NCBI GenBank assembly: GCA_003134375.1
Contig: PLAY01000152.1
Coordinates: forward strand, 3,944-67,943
DNA from: Limisphaerales bacterium
GTDB lineage: Bacteria; Verrucomicrobiota; Verrucomicrobiia; Limisphaerales; UBA11358
Reading direction: 5' to 3'
Length of the DNA: 64,000 bases
Made by a program: the position numbers and the translations under genes. The notes beneath the pieces were generated by a model. That model saw only the letters and a list, made by a program, of their open reading frames with translations. It was not told the DNA's origin and searched no databases. How positions within the stretch are numbered: the stretch's first letter is position 1; the number at the start of each line of letters is the position of its first letter. Of the stretch, positions 1 through 9,470 are shown one piece after another.

Positions 1-156
1 TACACACGGCCAAGGGACTGGATTCGCAAGCATCACCACATCATGAAGTCAGGCTGGCAAAAAGTTCACACCAGAAATGAAACATTGGACGAATTTAAAA
101 ATGAAAAGGGATTTGAACTGATAGCAAAAGATTTGGGAATTGATTATCCGAGTTGA
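1..156 (+). CDS. 3' end of an unidentified upstream gene (partial, runs off the window start)
   Basis: Frame 1 is open from nt 1 to TGA at 154-156 (...KNEKGFELIAKDLGIDYPS*). The stop overlaps the deoA ATG (TGATG). It is absent from the ORF track because it has no start inside the window. It is visibly AT-richer than its neighbours. No family recognised. Confidence 0.3.
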   Translation, partial: YTRPRDWIRKHHHIMKSGWQKVHTRNETLDEFKNEKGFELIAKDLGIDYPS

Positions 157-1538
157 TGAACTTTCTGGCTTTAATCGAATCCAAGCGCGAAGGCAGAACT
201 CTCGCGCCGAAACAGATTCAGGAAATTATCCGCGAATTCACCATCGGGAAAATTCCCGACTACCAGATGGCCGCGATGCTCATGGCCATTTATTTTCGCG
301 GCTTGACCACCGCTGAAACCACCGCGCTGACGCTGGCCATGCGCGATTCCGGCGATGTGCTGAAATTCCCCAGGGACAAACGCCCGCTCGTGGACAAACA
401 TTCCACCGGCGGCATTGGCGACAAGGTCTCGCTGCCGCTCGCGCCATTGCTGGCGTGCCTCGGATTCCGCGTGCCGATGATTTCCGGGCGCGGCTTGGGC
501 ATCACCGGCGGCACACTCGACAAACTAGATTCCATCCCCGGCTTCAAAACCTTGCTGCCCACCGGAAAAATCATCGCGCAGGTGCAAAAAACCGGCTGCG
601 TCATCTGTGGCCAGACTGACTGCATGGCTCCGGCGGACAGGAAAATTTACGCGCTTCGCGACGTTTCCGGCACCGTGCCCAGCATCCCGCTCATCACCGC
701 CTCAATCCTTTCCAAAAAGCTCGCCGAAAGCCTCGATGCGCTTGTACTGGATGTGAAATTCGGCTGTGCCGCGTTCATGCAAACCAAGGAGGATGCCCGC
801 AAGCTCGCAAAAGCGATGGTTGCGCTCGGGAATGAATGCGGTGTGAACACGCATGCGATTCTGACCGACATGAACACGCCGCTGGGCCGCGCCGCCGGCA
901 ACTGGCTTGAGGTGAAGGAAAGCGTGGCGTGTCTCGAACCAATCTCTTGTAGCCGCCGACGTGAGTCGGCGCATTCTTTTCCAAAGAGCCGTCAGCGCGG
1001 ACCGACGTCCGCGGCTACGGAGATAAACGACCTCAGTTTGCTCGTCCTTGATTGCGCCGCGCATTTGCTGATCCAGACGCGCAAAGCCGGGTCACTCGTT
1101 GCTGCGCGCAAACGGGCGGAAGACTGTTTGAATTCCGGCGCGCCGCGCCGCAAATGGGACGAAATGCTCGTTGCTCAAGGCGCGGATTTGGGTGCGTTCA
1201 ACAAAAAGCTGGCACTCGACACCACAGCGCCGGTGGTGCTGGAAATAAAAGCGGACTGTAGCGGTTATGTTTCGAAATGCGACGCGCGGCTCGTGGGCGA
1301 AGTCATCCGAGACCTCGGCGGCGGGCGGCTGACGAAAGAATCGGTCATCAACTACGACGTGGGTGTGGACCAACTCGCCAAACCCGGTGAGCGGGTGGAA
1401 AAATCTGAAATGCTGTGCCGTGTTCACGCCACAGATTCAGCCCAAGCCAAGGGAGCAATTGCCCGACTGAAAACCGCATTTGAAATTTCTTCACAAAGAC
1501 CGAAGCTTGAACCGCTAATCCACGCTAATCTTCGCTGA
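156..1538 (+). CDS. deoA: thymidine / pyrimidine-nucleoside phosphorylase
   Basis: Family motifs DKHSTGGIGDKVSLPLAP and SGRGLGITGGTLDKLDSIPG. The N-terminus MNFLALIESKREGRTL is typical. ATG at 156 is preferred over TTG at 153. The protein carries an extra segment of about 25 aa encoded by a palindromic element (see the repeat feature). Confidence 0.9.
   Translation: MNFLALIESKREGRTLAPKQIQEIIREFTIGKIPDYQMAAMLMAIYFRGLTTAETTALTLAMRDSGDVLKFPRDKRPLVDKHSTGGIGDKVSLPLAPLLACLGFRVPMISGRGLGITGGTLDKLDSIPGFKTLLPTGKIIAQVQKTGCVICGQTDCMAPADRKIYALRDVSGTVPSIPLITASILSKKLAESLDALVLDVKFGCAAFMQTKEDARKLAKAMVALGNECGVNTHAILTDMNTPLGRAAGNWLEVKESVACLEPISCSRRRESAHSFPKSRQRGPTSAATEINDLSLLVLDCAAHLLIQTRKAGSLVAARKRAEDCLNSGAPRRKWDEMLVAQGADLGAFNKKLALDTTAPVVLEIKADCSGYVSKCDARLVGEVIRDLGGGRLTKESVINYDVGVDQLAKPGERVEKSEMLCRVHATDSAQAKGAIARLKTAFEISSQRPKLEPLIHANLR
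949..1018. repeat. 70-bp palindromic (REP/RPE-like) element read through in-frame inside deoA
   Basis: Terminal inverted repeats gtagccgccgacgt / acgtccgcggctac are 13/14 complementary. Internal hairpins are gccgac-gtga-gtcggc (955-970) and gcggac-cgac-gtccgc (997-1012). Confidence 0.7.
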
Positions 1539-1582
1539 TTCTATCCGGCTCGGACAAAAGAATCAGCGCGAATCAGCGCCGA

Positions 1583-2290
<708 letters not shown>

Positions 2291-2355
2291 GGCAATAGAG
2301 TATTGGCGCCCGGCACAGAAGCAAAAGCCTTAAATGGTTTCCGCTTGACTGATTT

Positions 2356-3267
2356 ATGATGCATGGGGTTAATGTTTCCATGCAAATTACCGAGGGTAAG
2401 TTTGTCGCGTTTTTGGGAATCGTTGCGTCGGCAATCCTTACTGTTTCCAGCTTGGGAGCGACCATTCGCGATGATGAACCTGACAGCGCTTATCTGGCGC
2501 TGGGCGCGCAGGCGGATTTCGCATCGGTGGGAACCTTCGTTAACAGCTGGGGCTACACCGGCTGCGGGATTTTGATCGCGCCGGATTGGGTGTTAACCGC
2601 CGCGCATTTGTTGACAGCCGCCAGTTCCGCGACCTTCACCATTGGCGGAACGGCCTATACTTCGACGCAGCTTTTCACCGATCCGAGCTGGGACGGCAAT
2701 GCGTCTGACGGTTCTGATTTTGGTCTGGTGCATTTGAGTTCGTCACTCACGGCCATTCCGCCGCCGTCGCTTTACAGCGGCTCATCCCTGTTGGGGCAGA
2801 CCGGCACATTTGTCGGTTATGGTTTTACCGGCACCGGATTGACGGGCTGGAAAACTCTCGACGGCCAAAAACGCGGTTTTCAAAATGTCGTTGATGTCAA
2901 TAATGCCAATTTCGGCAATCTGGCCTTCATGTTCGGCGCTACTTTTGACAATCCGCATTTGGCGAACAGCACGGCGCTGCCGCTGGAAGGCTGTGTCGCG
3001 CCGGGCGACAGCGGCGGAGGAGTTTTCGTGATGGACGGCTCGCAGTATTATCTGGCCGGCGTAATTTCTTTTGTCGCCTCCACGAACGGCAGCGCCAATT
3101 CCAGCTATGGCAACATCAGCGGTTTCGACTCCCTTTCGGCAGCCATGCCGTGGATTGACACCATGGTTCCTGAACCTTCTGTTTCCATGCTGGCGCTCGG
3201 AGGCGGGCTTGCCGCGCTTTGTTTTCAACGCTGGAAAAAAGGGCGCGATGGCACCGAATCGCTTTAG
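2356..3267 (+). CDS. secreted trypsin-like (S1) serine protease with C-terminal PEP-CTERM sorting signal
   Basis: Catalytic triad context: WVLTAAHLL (His), SDFGLVHL (Asp), GDSGGGVF (Ser). C-terminus is VPEPS + hydrophobic helix LALGGGLAALCF + basic tail QRWKKGR, which is PEP-CTERM architecture. An alternative start at ATG 2380 (MQITEGKFVAFLGIV...) gives a cleaner signal peptide. Confidence 0.8.
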   Translation: MMHGVNVSMQITEGKFVAFLGIVASAILTVSSLGATIRDDEPDSAYLALGAQADFASVGTFVNSWGYTGCGILIAPDWVLTAAHLLTAASSATFTIGGTAYTSTQLFTDPSWDGNASDGSDFGLVHLSSSLTAIPPPSLYSGSSLLGQTGTFVGYGFTGTGLTGWKTLDGQKRGFQNVVDVNNANFGNLAFMFGATFDNPHLANSTALPLEGCVAPGDSGGGVFVMDGSQYYLAGVISFVASTNGSANSSYGNISGFDSLSAAMPWIDTMVPEPSVSMLALGGGLAALCFQRWKKGRDGTESL

Positions 3268-3352
3268 CGTTCCGGCATTCCTCATTTTTCGGCGGCTTGC
3301 GCGACCCGGCACACGTTTTGACTTTCGATGCTTCATCTTCTAGCCTCAGTGC

Positions 3353-4648
3353 ATGAAAATTGTCCGCCACACCGACGCGAATTTTTCCCAGAAACTTCGC
3401 GAAGTGACCGCGCCGTCCAGCCTGTTCGATCCGGTCATCGAAGAGCGCACCCGCGCCATCATTGACGCCGTCCAAACGCGCGGTGATGACGCGCTGTTGG
3501 AATTCACTGAAAAATTCGACGGCGCCAGGCTCACCGCCAGCCAGCTCGCCGTGACGCAGGCGGAATTGATGGCAGCGTCGCTCAAAGCCGATGAATCCCT
3601 GCGCGCCGCCGTGGCCGAGGCGGAAAAGAACGTCGCCAGCTTTGCCAGGAAATCCCTGCTCAAGAACTGGCAGATGAAAAATTCGCACGGCGCGACCGTC
3701 GGCGAAAAGTTCGATCCGTTCCAGCGCGTGGGCGCTTACATCCCGGGCGGCAAGGCGCCACTCGTCTCCACGGTTCTGATGACAGTCACGCTGGCGAAAG
3801 TGGCGGGTTGCAAGGAAATCGTCGTCTGCACGCCCTGTGGCAGGGATGGTTCAATCAATCCCGCCCTGCTCTTTGCGGCGCGGGCGGCCGGGGCAACGGA
3901 GATTTACCGCGTGGGCGGCGCGCAGGCAATTGCGGCCATGGCTTACGGCACGAAGACAATTCGACGCGTGCGGAAAATTTTCGGTCCGGGCAACGCCTAT
4001 GTCGTCACCGCCAAGCGATTGCTCGTCGGCCACGTCGCGATTGATCTGCTGCCCGGCCCAAGCGAATTGCTGGTGCTCGCGGATGAAACGGCGGACCCGA
4101 AGTTTGTTGCCGCCGATTTGCTGGCGCAGGCTGAACACGGCTCCGGTCACGAGCGCGTCTGGCTGGTGACGACTTCGGCGAAGCTTTTGAAGGCCGTCCA
4201 AGGCGAAATTGCAAAACAATTGCCCAAGCAGGCGCGGCGCGAATACATCCAGCGCGTGCTGGCCGACAACACGTGGTTGATTCAGGTAAAATCGCTCGAC
4301 GACGCGGTGATGCTGGCAAACCGGCTCGCGCCGGAGCATTGCGAAGTGATGACGCGCAACCCGCGCAAGCTTTCGCAAAAAATTCTGACCGTCGGCGCGA
4401 TTTTCCTCGGGCCGTGGTCGCCGACGGTGCTGGGCGATTACGTGGCCGGGCCGAGCCACACGCTGCCGACCGGCGGCGCGGGCGCATCGTTTGCCGGCTT
4501 GACGGTGGACCAGTTCCAGCGCCGCACCAGCCTGGTGGAATACAACCGCGCTGCGCTGAAGAAATCGCTGCCCGCCGTGAAGAAATTCGCGGAACTGGAA
4601 GGCTTGGGCGCACATGGACGTTCTGCCGAAATTCGTTCCGCAAAATGA
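3353..4648 (+). CDS. hisD: histidinol dehydrogenase
   Basis: 431 aa. Contains LLAQAEHGSGHE, a conserved N-terminal region (RAIIDAVQTRGDDALLEFTEKFDG) and a C-terminal GLGAHGRS. Confidence 0.92.
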   Translation: MKIVRHTDANFSQKLREVTAPSSLFDPVIEERTRAIIDAVQTRGDDALLEFTEKFDGARLTASQLAVTQAELMAASLKADESLRAAVAEAEKNVASFARKSLLKNWQMKNSHGATVGEKFDPFQRVGAYIPGGKAPLVSTVLMTVTLAKVAGCKEIVVCTPCGRDGSINPALLFAARAAGATEIYRVGGAQAIAAMAYGTKTIRRVRKIFGPGNAYVVTAKRLLVGHVAIDLLPGPSELLVLADETADPKFVAADLLAQAEHGSGHERVWLVTTSAKLLKAVQGEIAKQLPKQARREYIQRVLADNTWLIQVKSLDDAVMLANRLAPEHCEVMTRNPRKLSQKILTVGAIFLGPWSPTVLGDYVAGPSHTLPTGGAGASFAGLTVDQFQRRTSLVEYNRAALKKSLPAVKKFAELEGLGAHGRSAEIRSAK

Positions 4649-5781
4649 AAAGTCCGAAACTTTTGATCCGCCCGCTGGTGCGCGAGCTACAACCTTACGT
4701 CTATGGCGAGCAGCCGAAGATCAAGGGGTTGATCAAGCTCAACACGAACGAGAGTCCGTATCCGCCGTCGCCCAAGGTGCTGGCGGCGGTCCGGGCGGCG
4801 GTGGATGGGCGGCTGCGGCTGTATCCAAACCCGACGGCGCAGGCGCTGCGCGAGAAGCTGGCGAAACTGCACGGCTGTCACGCGGACAACATCATCGTGG
4901 GCAACGGCTCGGATGAATTGCTGGCACTGGCCACGCGGTGTTTTGTGGAGCCAAACGTGGAACAGGCTTCCAGCCTGTTTAAGAAAGAAAACACAGGCCG
5001 GCGGCCTGTGCCACGCCATATCGTTCAATACTTCACGCCGAGTTATTCACTGTATCCGGTATTGGCGGATATTCACGGTGCGGCCAGGAATGCGGTGCCG
5101 CTTAAATCGGATTTCAGCCTGCCAGGCATGGCGGAATTGAAGCGCGGCAGGATCTGGAATTTCCGCGCTGCGCTGTCGTTTGTGACCACGCCGAACGCGC
5201 CCAGCGGACGTGGGTACTCGACGCGCGAACTCGACGCGTTATGCAAAGCGCAGCATGGCGTGGTGGTGCTGGACGAAGCTTACGTGGATTTCGCCGGGGA
5301 AAACGCGCTGAAGCTGGCGTTGAAATATCCGCACGTCCTCGTGGCGCGGACGTTTTCCAAGGCGTATTCGCTATGCTTCCAGCGGGTCGGTTATTTTGTC
5401 GGACATCGCGACCTTATCGCGGCGCTGCACAAGATTCGTGACAGTTACAATGTGAACGGCCTCGGCCAGATTGCCGCCGAAGCTACGCTGGACGACCTGC
5501 CGTATTACCGGGCGAATTTCAAAAAAATCATCACCACGCGCGAATGGTTGAGTCGCGAGTTGACGAAGCTCGGTTTCCGGGTTTTGCCAAGCCGGACGAA
5601 TTTCATTCTCGTCCGGCCAGCGCGATTTTCGGCGCAGGCGTGGCTGCAAAGCTTGCGCGTCCAAAAAGCCCTCGTGCGCTGGTTTGACCGGCCGGAGGTG
5701 AAGAATTATTTGCGAATTACGATTGGCACGGCGGCGGAAGCGGAGGCTTTGGTCAACGTCGTCCGCAAGATTTTGGTGTGA
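4645..5781 (+). CDS. hisC: histidinol-phosphate aminotransferase
   Basis: ATG at 4645 overlaps the hisD stop (ATGA). Contains LNTNESPYPPSP, GNGSDELL and RTFSKAYSL (PLP lysine context). The 4273 start in the ORF track is an artefactual extension inside hisD. The protein carries an in-frame repeat insertion. Confidence 0.9.
   Translation: MKSPKLLIRPLVRELQPYVYGEQPKIKGLIKLNTNESPYPPSPKVLAAVRAAVDGRLRLYPNPTAQALREKLAKLHGCHADNIIVGNGSDELLALATRCFVEPNVEQASSLFKKENTGRRPVPRHIVQYFTPSYSLYPVLADIHGAARNAVPLKSDFSLPGMAELKRGRIWNFRAALSFVTTPNAPSGRGYSTRELDALCKAQHGVVVLDEAYVDFAGENALKLALKYPHVLVARTFSKAYSLCFQRVGYFVGHRDLIAALHKIRDSYNVNGLGQIAAEATLDDLPYYRANFKKIITTREWLSRELTKLGFRVLPSRTNFILVRPARFSAQAWLQSLRVQKALVRWFDRPEVKNYLRITIGTAAEAEALVNVVRKILV
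4961..5009. repeat. double-hairpin repeat element read through in-frame inside hisC
   Basis: Hairpin A is aacaggct-tcc-agcctgtt (4961-4979). Hairpin B is acaggcc-ggc-ggcctgt (4993-5009). Together they encode part of ...NVEQASSLFKKENTGRRPVPRH... Confidence 0.65.
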
Positions 5782-5877
5782 CGTTGAGCCGGTGGCCCGG
5801 ACAAACCGGTGCCAAGAACCAAAACCGCCCCAAAACCTTTTCTTTGCCACGCGCCGGATTTTTGTTAAAAGCTGGTT

Positions 5878-6693
5878 GTGTATCTCGAATACTATGGATT
5901 GACGCTGCCGCCGTTCGACATTACGCCGAACCCGCGATTCCTTTTTCTGACCGACAAGCATCGCGAGGCGCTCAATCATCTGCTCTACGGTATTCGCGAG
6001 CGGAAGGGTTACGTGCAGCTCACCGGCGAAGTCGGCGCGGGCAAGACCACGGTCTGCCGCGCGATGTTGCGACAACTGGACGGCCATTTTGCCACCGCCC
6101 TGATCGTCAACCCCGTGCTGAACGCGAATGAATTGATGCGGGCCATTGCCACGGAATTTGGCCTGGAGGTCAAAGACATGGACCGGCACGGCACGGTCGC
6201 GGCCATCAACAAATTTCTGGTCCAGCAGGTCGAGCAATGCGGCGACGCGGTGCTGATCATTGACGAAGCACAAAATCTCTCCGAGGAATTGCTCGAACAG
6301 ATGCGGCTTTTGTCGAACCTCGAAATGGAGAATCGCAAGCTGCTGCAAATCGTTTTGCTCGGCCAGCCGGAGTTGCGTGACCGGCTCAACAGCCCGCGCC
6401 TGAGCCAGCTTCGCCAGCGCATCACGGTGCGCTATCATCTCGGGCCGTTGACGCGCGACGAAGTTGCCCAATACATTCAGCACCGGCTCACCCAGGCTGG
6501 CGCGAAGGGCAAGCCCCAGTTTACCCGCCCGGCACTCTGGCGCATTTTCCACTACAGCCACGGCATTCCCCGGCTGGTCAACGCCGTCTGCGACAAGGCG
6601 TTGCTGGCCGGTTTTATCGAGAAAAGCAACCTGATCAATTTCCGCATGGTGGGCCGCGCCATCCGCGAACTCGAAGGGAAAATCCACCTGTGA
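5878..6693 (+). CDS. ExeA/GspA-like AAA ATPase (PEP-CTERM-locus secretion ATPase type)
   Basis: GTG start. N-terminus YLEYYGLTLPPFDITPNPRFLFLTDKHREAL is typical of ExeA-like proteins. Walker A is GEVGAGKT and Walker B is LIIDEAQNL. 271 aa. Confidence 0.75.
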   Translation: MYLEYYGLTLPPFDITPNPRFLFLTDKHREALNHLLYGIRERKGYVQLTGEVGAGKTTVCRAMLRQLDGHFATALIVNPVLNANELMRAIATEFGLEVKDMDRHGTVAAINKFLVQQVEQCGDAVLIIDEAQNLSEELLEQMRLLSNLEMENRKLLQIVLLGQPELRDRLNSPRLSQLRQRITVRYHLGPLTRDEVAQYIQHRLTQAGAKGKPQFTRPALWRIFHYSHGIPRLVNAVCDKALLAGFIEKSNLINFRMVGRAIRELEGKIHL

Positions 6694-6801
6694 ACCTGGC
6701 CCGCGATGCGCTTGAACGCGTGAAGGAAATTTCAACGAACACCTTGGCGCTGGCGGGCGCGGCCGGTTTCCGGCAAAGGCTGTTCCCTGGCAGATGACCC
6801 A

Positions 6802-7506
6802 ATGTTCCTGCGCAAACCATTCGCCGCGTCCCCGCCGTTCGTCCGCGTCGCGCCATTTGTCATTTTTCTCGCGCTGACGTTTTGCCAGGGGCAGTTCGGC
6901 GCCGCCTCGGCTTACTGGTTTTATCTCGCCAAAACCCTGGTCGGTGCATGGCTGATCTGGGAAATGCGCCCGTTCGTTTCCGAAATGCGCTGGGCGGTGA
7001 GCTGGGAAGCGGTCGTGGTGGGGGTGGCGGTATTTGCCGCCTGGGTCGGCATCACCGGGGAATGGACGACGCAAAACTCACTTTGGGCAAAGTTCGGTTT
7101 TACCCATCCTTTGGGCGCTCCTCTAAAAACCTGGAACCCAAATGAACAATTTGGTGATGGTTCGGCGCTTGCGTGGCTGATGATTGTAATGCGGGTGGCC
7201 GGCTCGACGCTCGTCGTGCCGCCGCTGGAGGAGGTTTTTTACCGCTCGTTTTTGTATCGCTACATCGCCCGGCCAAATTTCCTGTCTGTGCCGCTCAACC
7301 AATTTTTGCCGTGGCCGTTTCTCGCCACTGCCGCCGTGTTTGGTTTCTCCCACAACGAGTGGCTGGCGGGCATTTTGTGCGGCGCGGCTTATCAATGGCT
7401 GGTGATTCGCAAGCATCGGCTCGGCGATGCGATGACCGCCCACGCGATCACAAATTTTCTGCTCGGTTTATGGATCATCTGGCGCGGGGCCTGGCATTTT
7501 TGGTGA
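6802..7506 (+). CDS. CPBP (CAAX/Abi) family intramembrane glutamic endopeptidase
   Basis: Multi-TM protein. Motif 1 is EEVFYRSFLY, followed by FSHNEW and a C-terminal HAITNF. Confidence 0.75.
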   Translation: MFLRKPFAASPPFVRVAPFVIFLALTFCQGQFGAASAYWFYLAKTLVGAWLIWEMRPFVSEMRWAVSWEAVVVGVAVFAAWVGITGEWTTQNSLWAKFGFTHPLGAPLKTWNPNEQFGDGSALAWLMIVMRVAGSTLVVPPLEEVFYRSFLYRYIARPNFLSVPLNQFLPWPFLATAAVFGFSHNEWLAGILCGAAYQWLVIRKHRLGDAMTAHAITNFLLGLWIIWRGAWHFW

Positions 7507-7576
7507 ATTCCCGGGAGGGACGGCGTGTCACCGCCCCTGGATTTTGGGTCGGCAAAAGGCCAACTCTCCCCTCGGA

Positions 7577-9352
7577 TTACTTCACTTCGATGTTGATGTG
7601 GTTGCGTTCCAGCGTGCTGCCTTCCTGTTGCGCGAGGTTGACGAGCGCTTCGTAATAATTGGCCAGCGAGCGGATTTCCTGCGCGCGATCGGCGGTGAGC
7701 GTGTTTTGGAGTTGCAGCACGGTGAAGGTGGTGCTTTTGCCGACGGCATATTTTTTCTGCTCGGCGTCGAGCGCGGCCTCGGCATAAATGCGCGCCTGCC
7801 GTGTGGCGTTTACGCTTTCGTAGGCCGACTCCGCCTGTTTCACCGCGTTGTCAATCCCCACCATGACGTTCTGTTCAAGCTGTTTCAGCTTCAGCAGGAG
7901 TTGCTGCAGGGTCATCTTGTCGGATTTTACGGTGTTGCGCGCTTTGATGTTGCTGAGCGGCAGGGAAAGTTGTGCGCCGTACTTGTAGAAAGGCTGGCTG
8001 CCAGCATTGATCTGCCCAAAGGTGTCGCTGTATTGTTGTCCCCCGCCACCGTAACCGTAGGTGCCTTTCAAATCGAGTTCGGGAAAAAGCTGGTTGCGGT
8101 CGAATTTTAACGTGATGCCCTGTGCTTCCACGCTCAACCGGGCTTGCAAAAGGTCGGGCCGCATGGTCATGCCTTTGCTCCAACTGTCCTGCACATCGAA
8201 CAACTGTAGCGGCGCGTTGGTAATCGTCGCCGTGGGTTGAATGCCCTTGTCATGCCAGCGTGAATACTCGTCGGTGAGCAGGTTCTTCAGGAAATTTTGG
8301 TCCGTGACCAGCATGTATTGCGCGGCGATCAAATTTGCCTTGCTCGTTGCCACCTGCGCCTCGTCCTGCTGCACATCCAACTGTGCCAGGGTGCCGATTT
8401 GCACGCGCTGCTGGTCCTGATCCAGTTGTGTCTGGGCGAGGGCGAGCGCCTCCTGCTGCACCTTCACGTTTTCCTGCGCGTAGATGAGCTCGTAATAGGC
8501 GTTTTCGACCGCGGTGACGGACGTGATGAACTGCAGGCGCAATCCCTGCTCGGAGGACTTGAGCTGGTTTTTGGCGAGGCGGATGGTCAGGCGCGTGCTA
8601 TCAATCCAGAAATTTTTCAGCAGCGGCTGCGTCAGGTCAACTTCGATTGAACCGTCCGAATACTTGTAAGGGGTGGAGGTGACATTGGTTCCTGAACCTG
8701 AAAAGGTCGTTCCATAAGGTTTTTCAATGGTTCCTTTGAAGTCATAGGTCAATCCCCAGGGCAGCAAGCCGCCGATGTCGGAATTAAAAAAATTATTTTC
8801 CGACCTATTGGCGGGAATGGGGATCCCATTCGAAACACTGTTTCCGGTCAACGTGTAGTCGTGCTCGCCGGAAAGGTTGAAGGTCGGGTCGTAACCACCA
8901 TAACTCCCACGCAAATTGTAGAGCGAAATCTGGGGTGCGGTGCGCTCGACTTGGATATCGAAGTTGTGCTGCAAGGCTTCCTGAAGGCAGTCCTCCAATG
9001 ACATTGCGCGCATTGCTGCATTCATGCCCACCGGCACGGCGGCGGCATTGGTGCCGTGCAGGCCGACAGGCCTCCCAACAGGGTCCAATGCGCTCATACC
9101 CGCTGGCACGACGGCGGCATTGGTGCCTGAGGCAGGGGCCGGCGCGTTGGGCTCGACCAGCATGGTGGCCATGTTCGTGCCCGTTTGCGCGGCGACCGCG
9201 TTTGCGTTTGTTTGGACGGCGACCGTATTGGGATCCGGTTGGAGGGCCGGCGCGTTGGTCTCGACCGGCATGGCGACCGCGTTTGTGTCCGTCTGTGCCA
9301 CGGCCGAAAAAGCCGTGAGAATGAAAGCCAAAAGAACGCTGAAACTTTTCAT
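7577..9352 (-). CDS. TolC-family outer membrane efflux/channel protein with low-complexity N-terminal linker
   Basis: Start chosen at ATG 9352 (MKSFSVLLAFILTAFSAVAQ signal peptide). Two repeats of the coiled-coil/beta-barrel pattern (LSLEDCLQEALQHN..., LDVQQDEAQ..., ARIYAEAALDAEQKKYAVG). The mature N-terminus has an Ala/Thr/Asn/Pro/Val-rich repeat region. Confidence 0.8.
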   Translation of the reverse strand: MKSFSVLLAFILTAFSAVAQTDTNAVAMPVETNAPALQPDPNTVAVQTNANAVAAQTGTNMATMLVEPNAPAPASGTNAAVVPAGMSALDPVGRPVGLHGTNAAAVPVGMNAAMRAMSLEDCLQEALQHNFDIQVERTAPQISLYNLRGSYGGYDPTFNLSGEHDYTLTGNSVSNGIPIPANRSENNFFNSDIGGLLPWGLTYDFKGTIEKPYGTTFSGSGTNVTSTPYKYSDGSIEVDLTQPLLKNFWIDSTRLTIRLAKNQLKSSEQGLRLQFITSVTAVENAYYELIYAQENVKVQQEALALAQTQLDQDQQRVQIGTLAQLDVQQDEAQVATSKANLIAAQYMLVTDQNFLKNLLTDEYSRWHDKGIQPTATITNAPLQLFDVQDSWSKGMTMRPDLLQARLSVEAQGITLKFDRNQLFPELDLKGTYGYGGGGQQYSDTFGQINAGSQPFYKYGAQLSLPLSNIKARNTVKSDKMTLQQLLLKLKQLEQNVMVGIDNAVKQAESAYESVNATRQARIYAEAALDAEQKKYAVGKSTTFTVLQLQNTLTADRAQEIRSLANYYEALVNLAQQEGSTLERNHINIEVK

Positions 9353-9470
9353 GGTACTGCAATTTTGCGGCTTTCGCCGAAATTCGTTAAATTCAAGACG
9401 CATCAGCGCGCCCGAAGGCAACGGTTTGGTTAATTTGACCGCGCCGGCCAATAAAAGTCACGCGCCGCAA

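Noticed and set aside
4273-4644. N-terminal 124-aa extension of the hisC ORF given in the track
   Set aside because: It lies entirely within hisD in another frame and is Arg/Ala-rich. The canonical HisC N-terminus begins at ATG 4645, which overlaps the hisD stop.
5371-7074. 567-aa minus-strand ORF overlapping hisC, the ExeA-like gene and the CPBP gene
   Set aside because: It is antisense to three well-supported genes. Its composition is Arg/Gly/Pro/Ala-rich and low-complexity, typical of shadow ORFs in GC-rich DNA. No motif was recognised.
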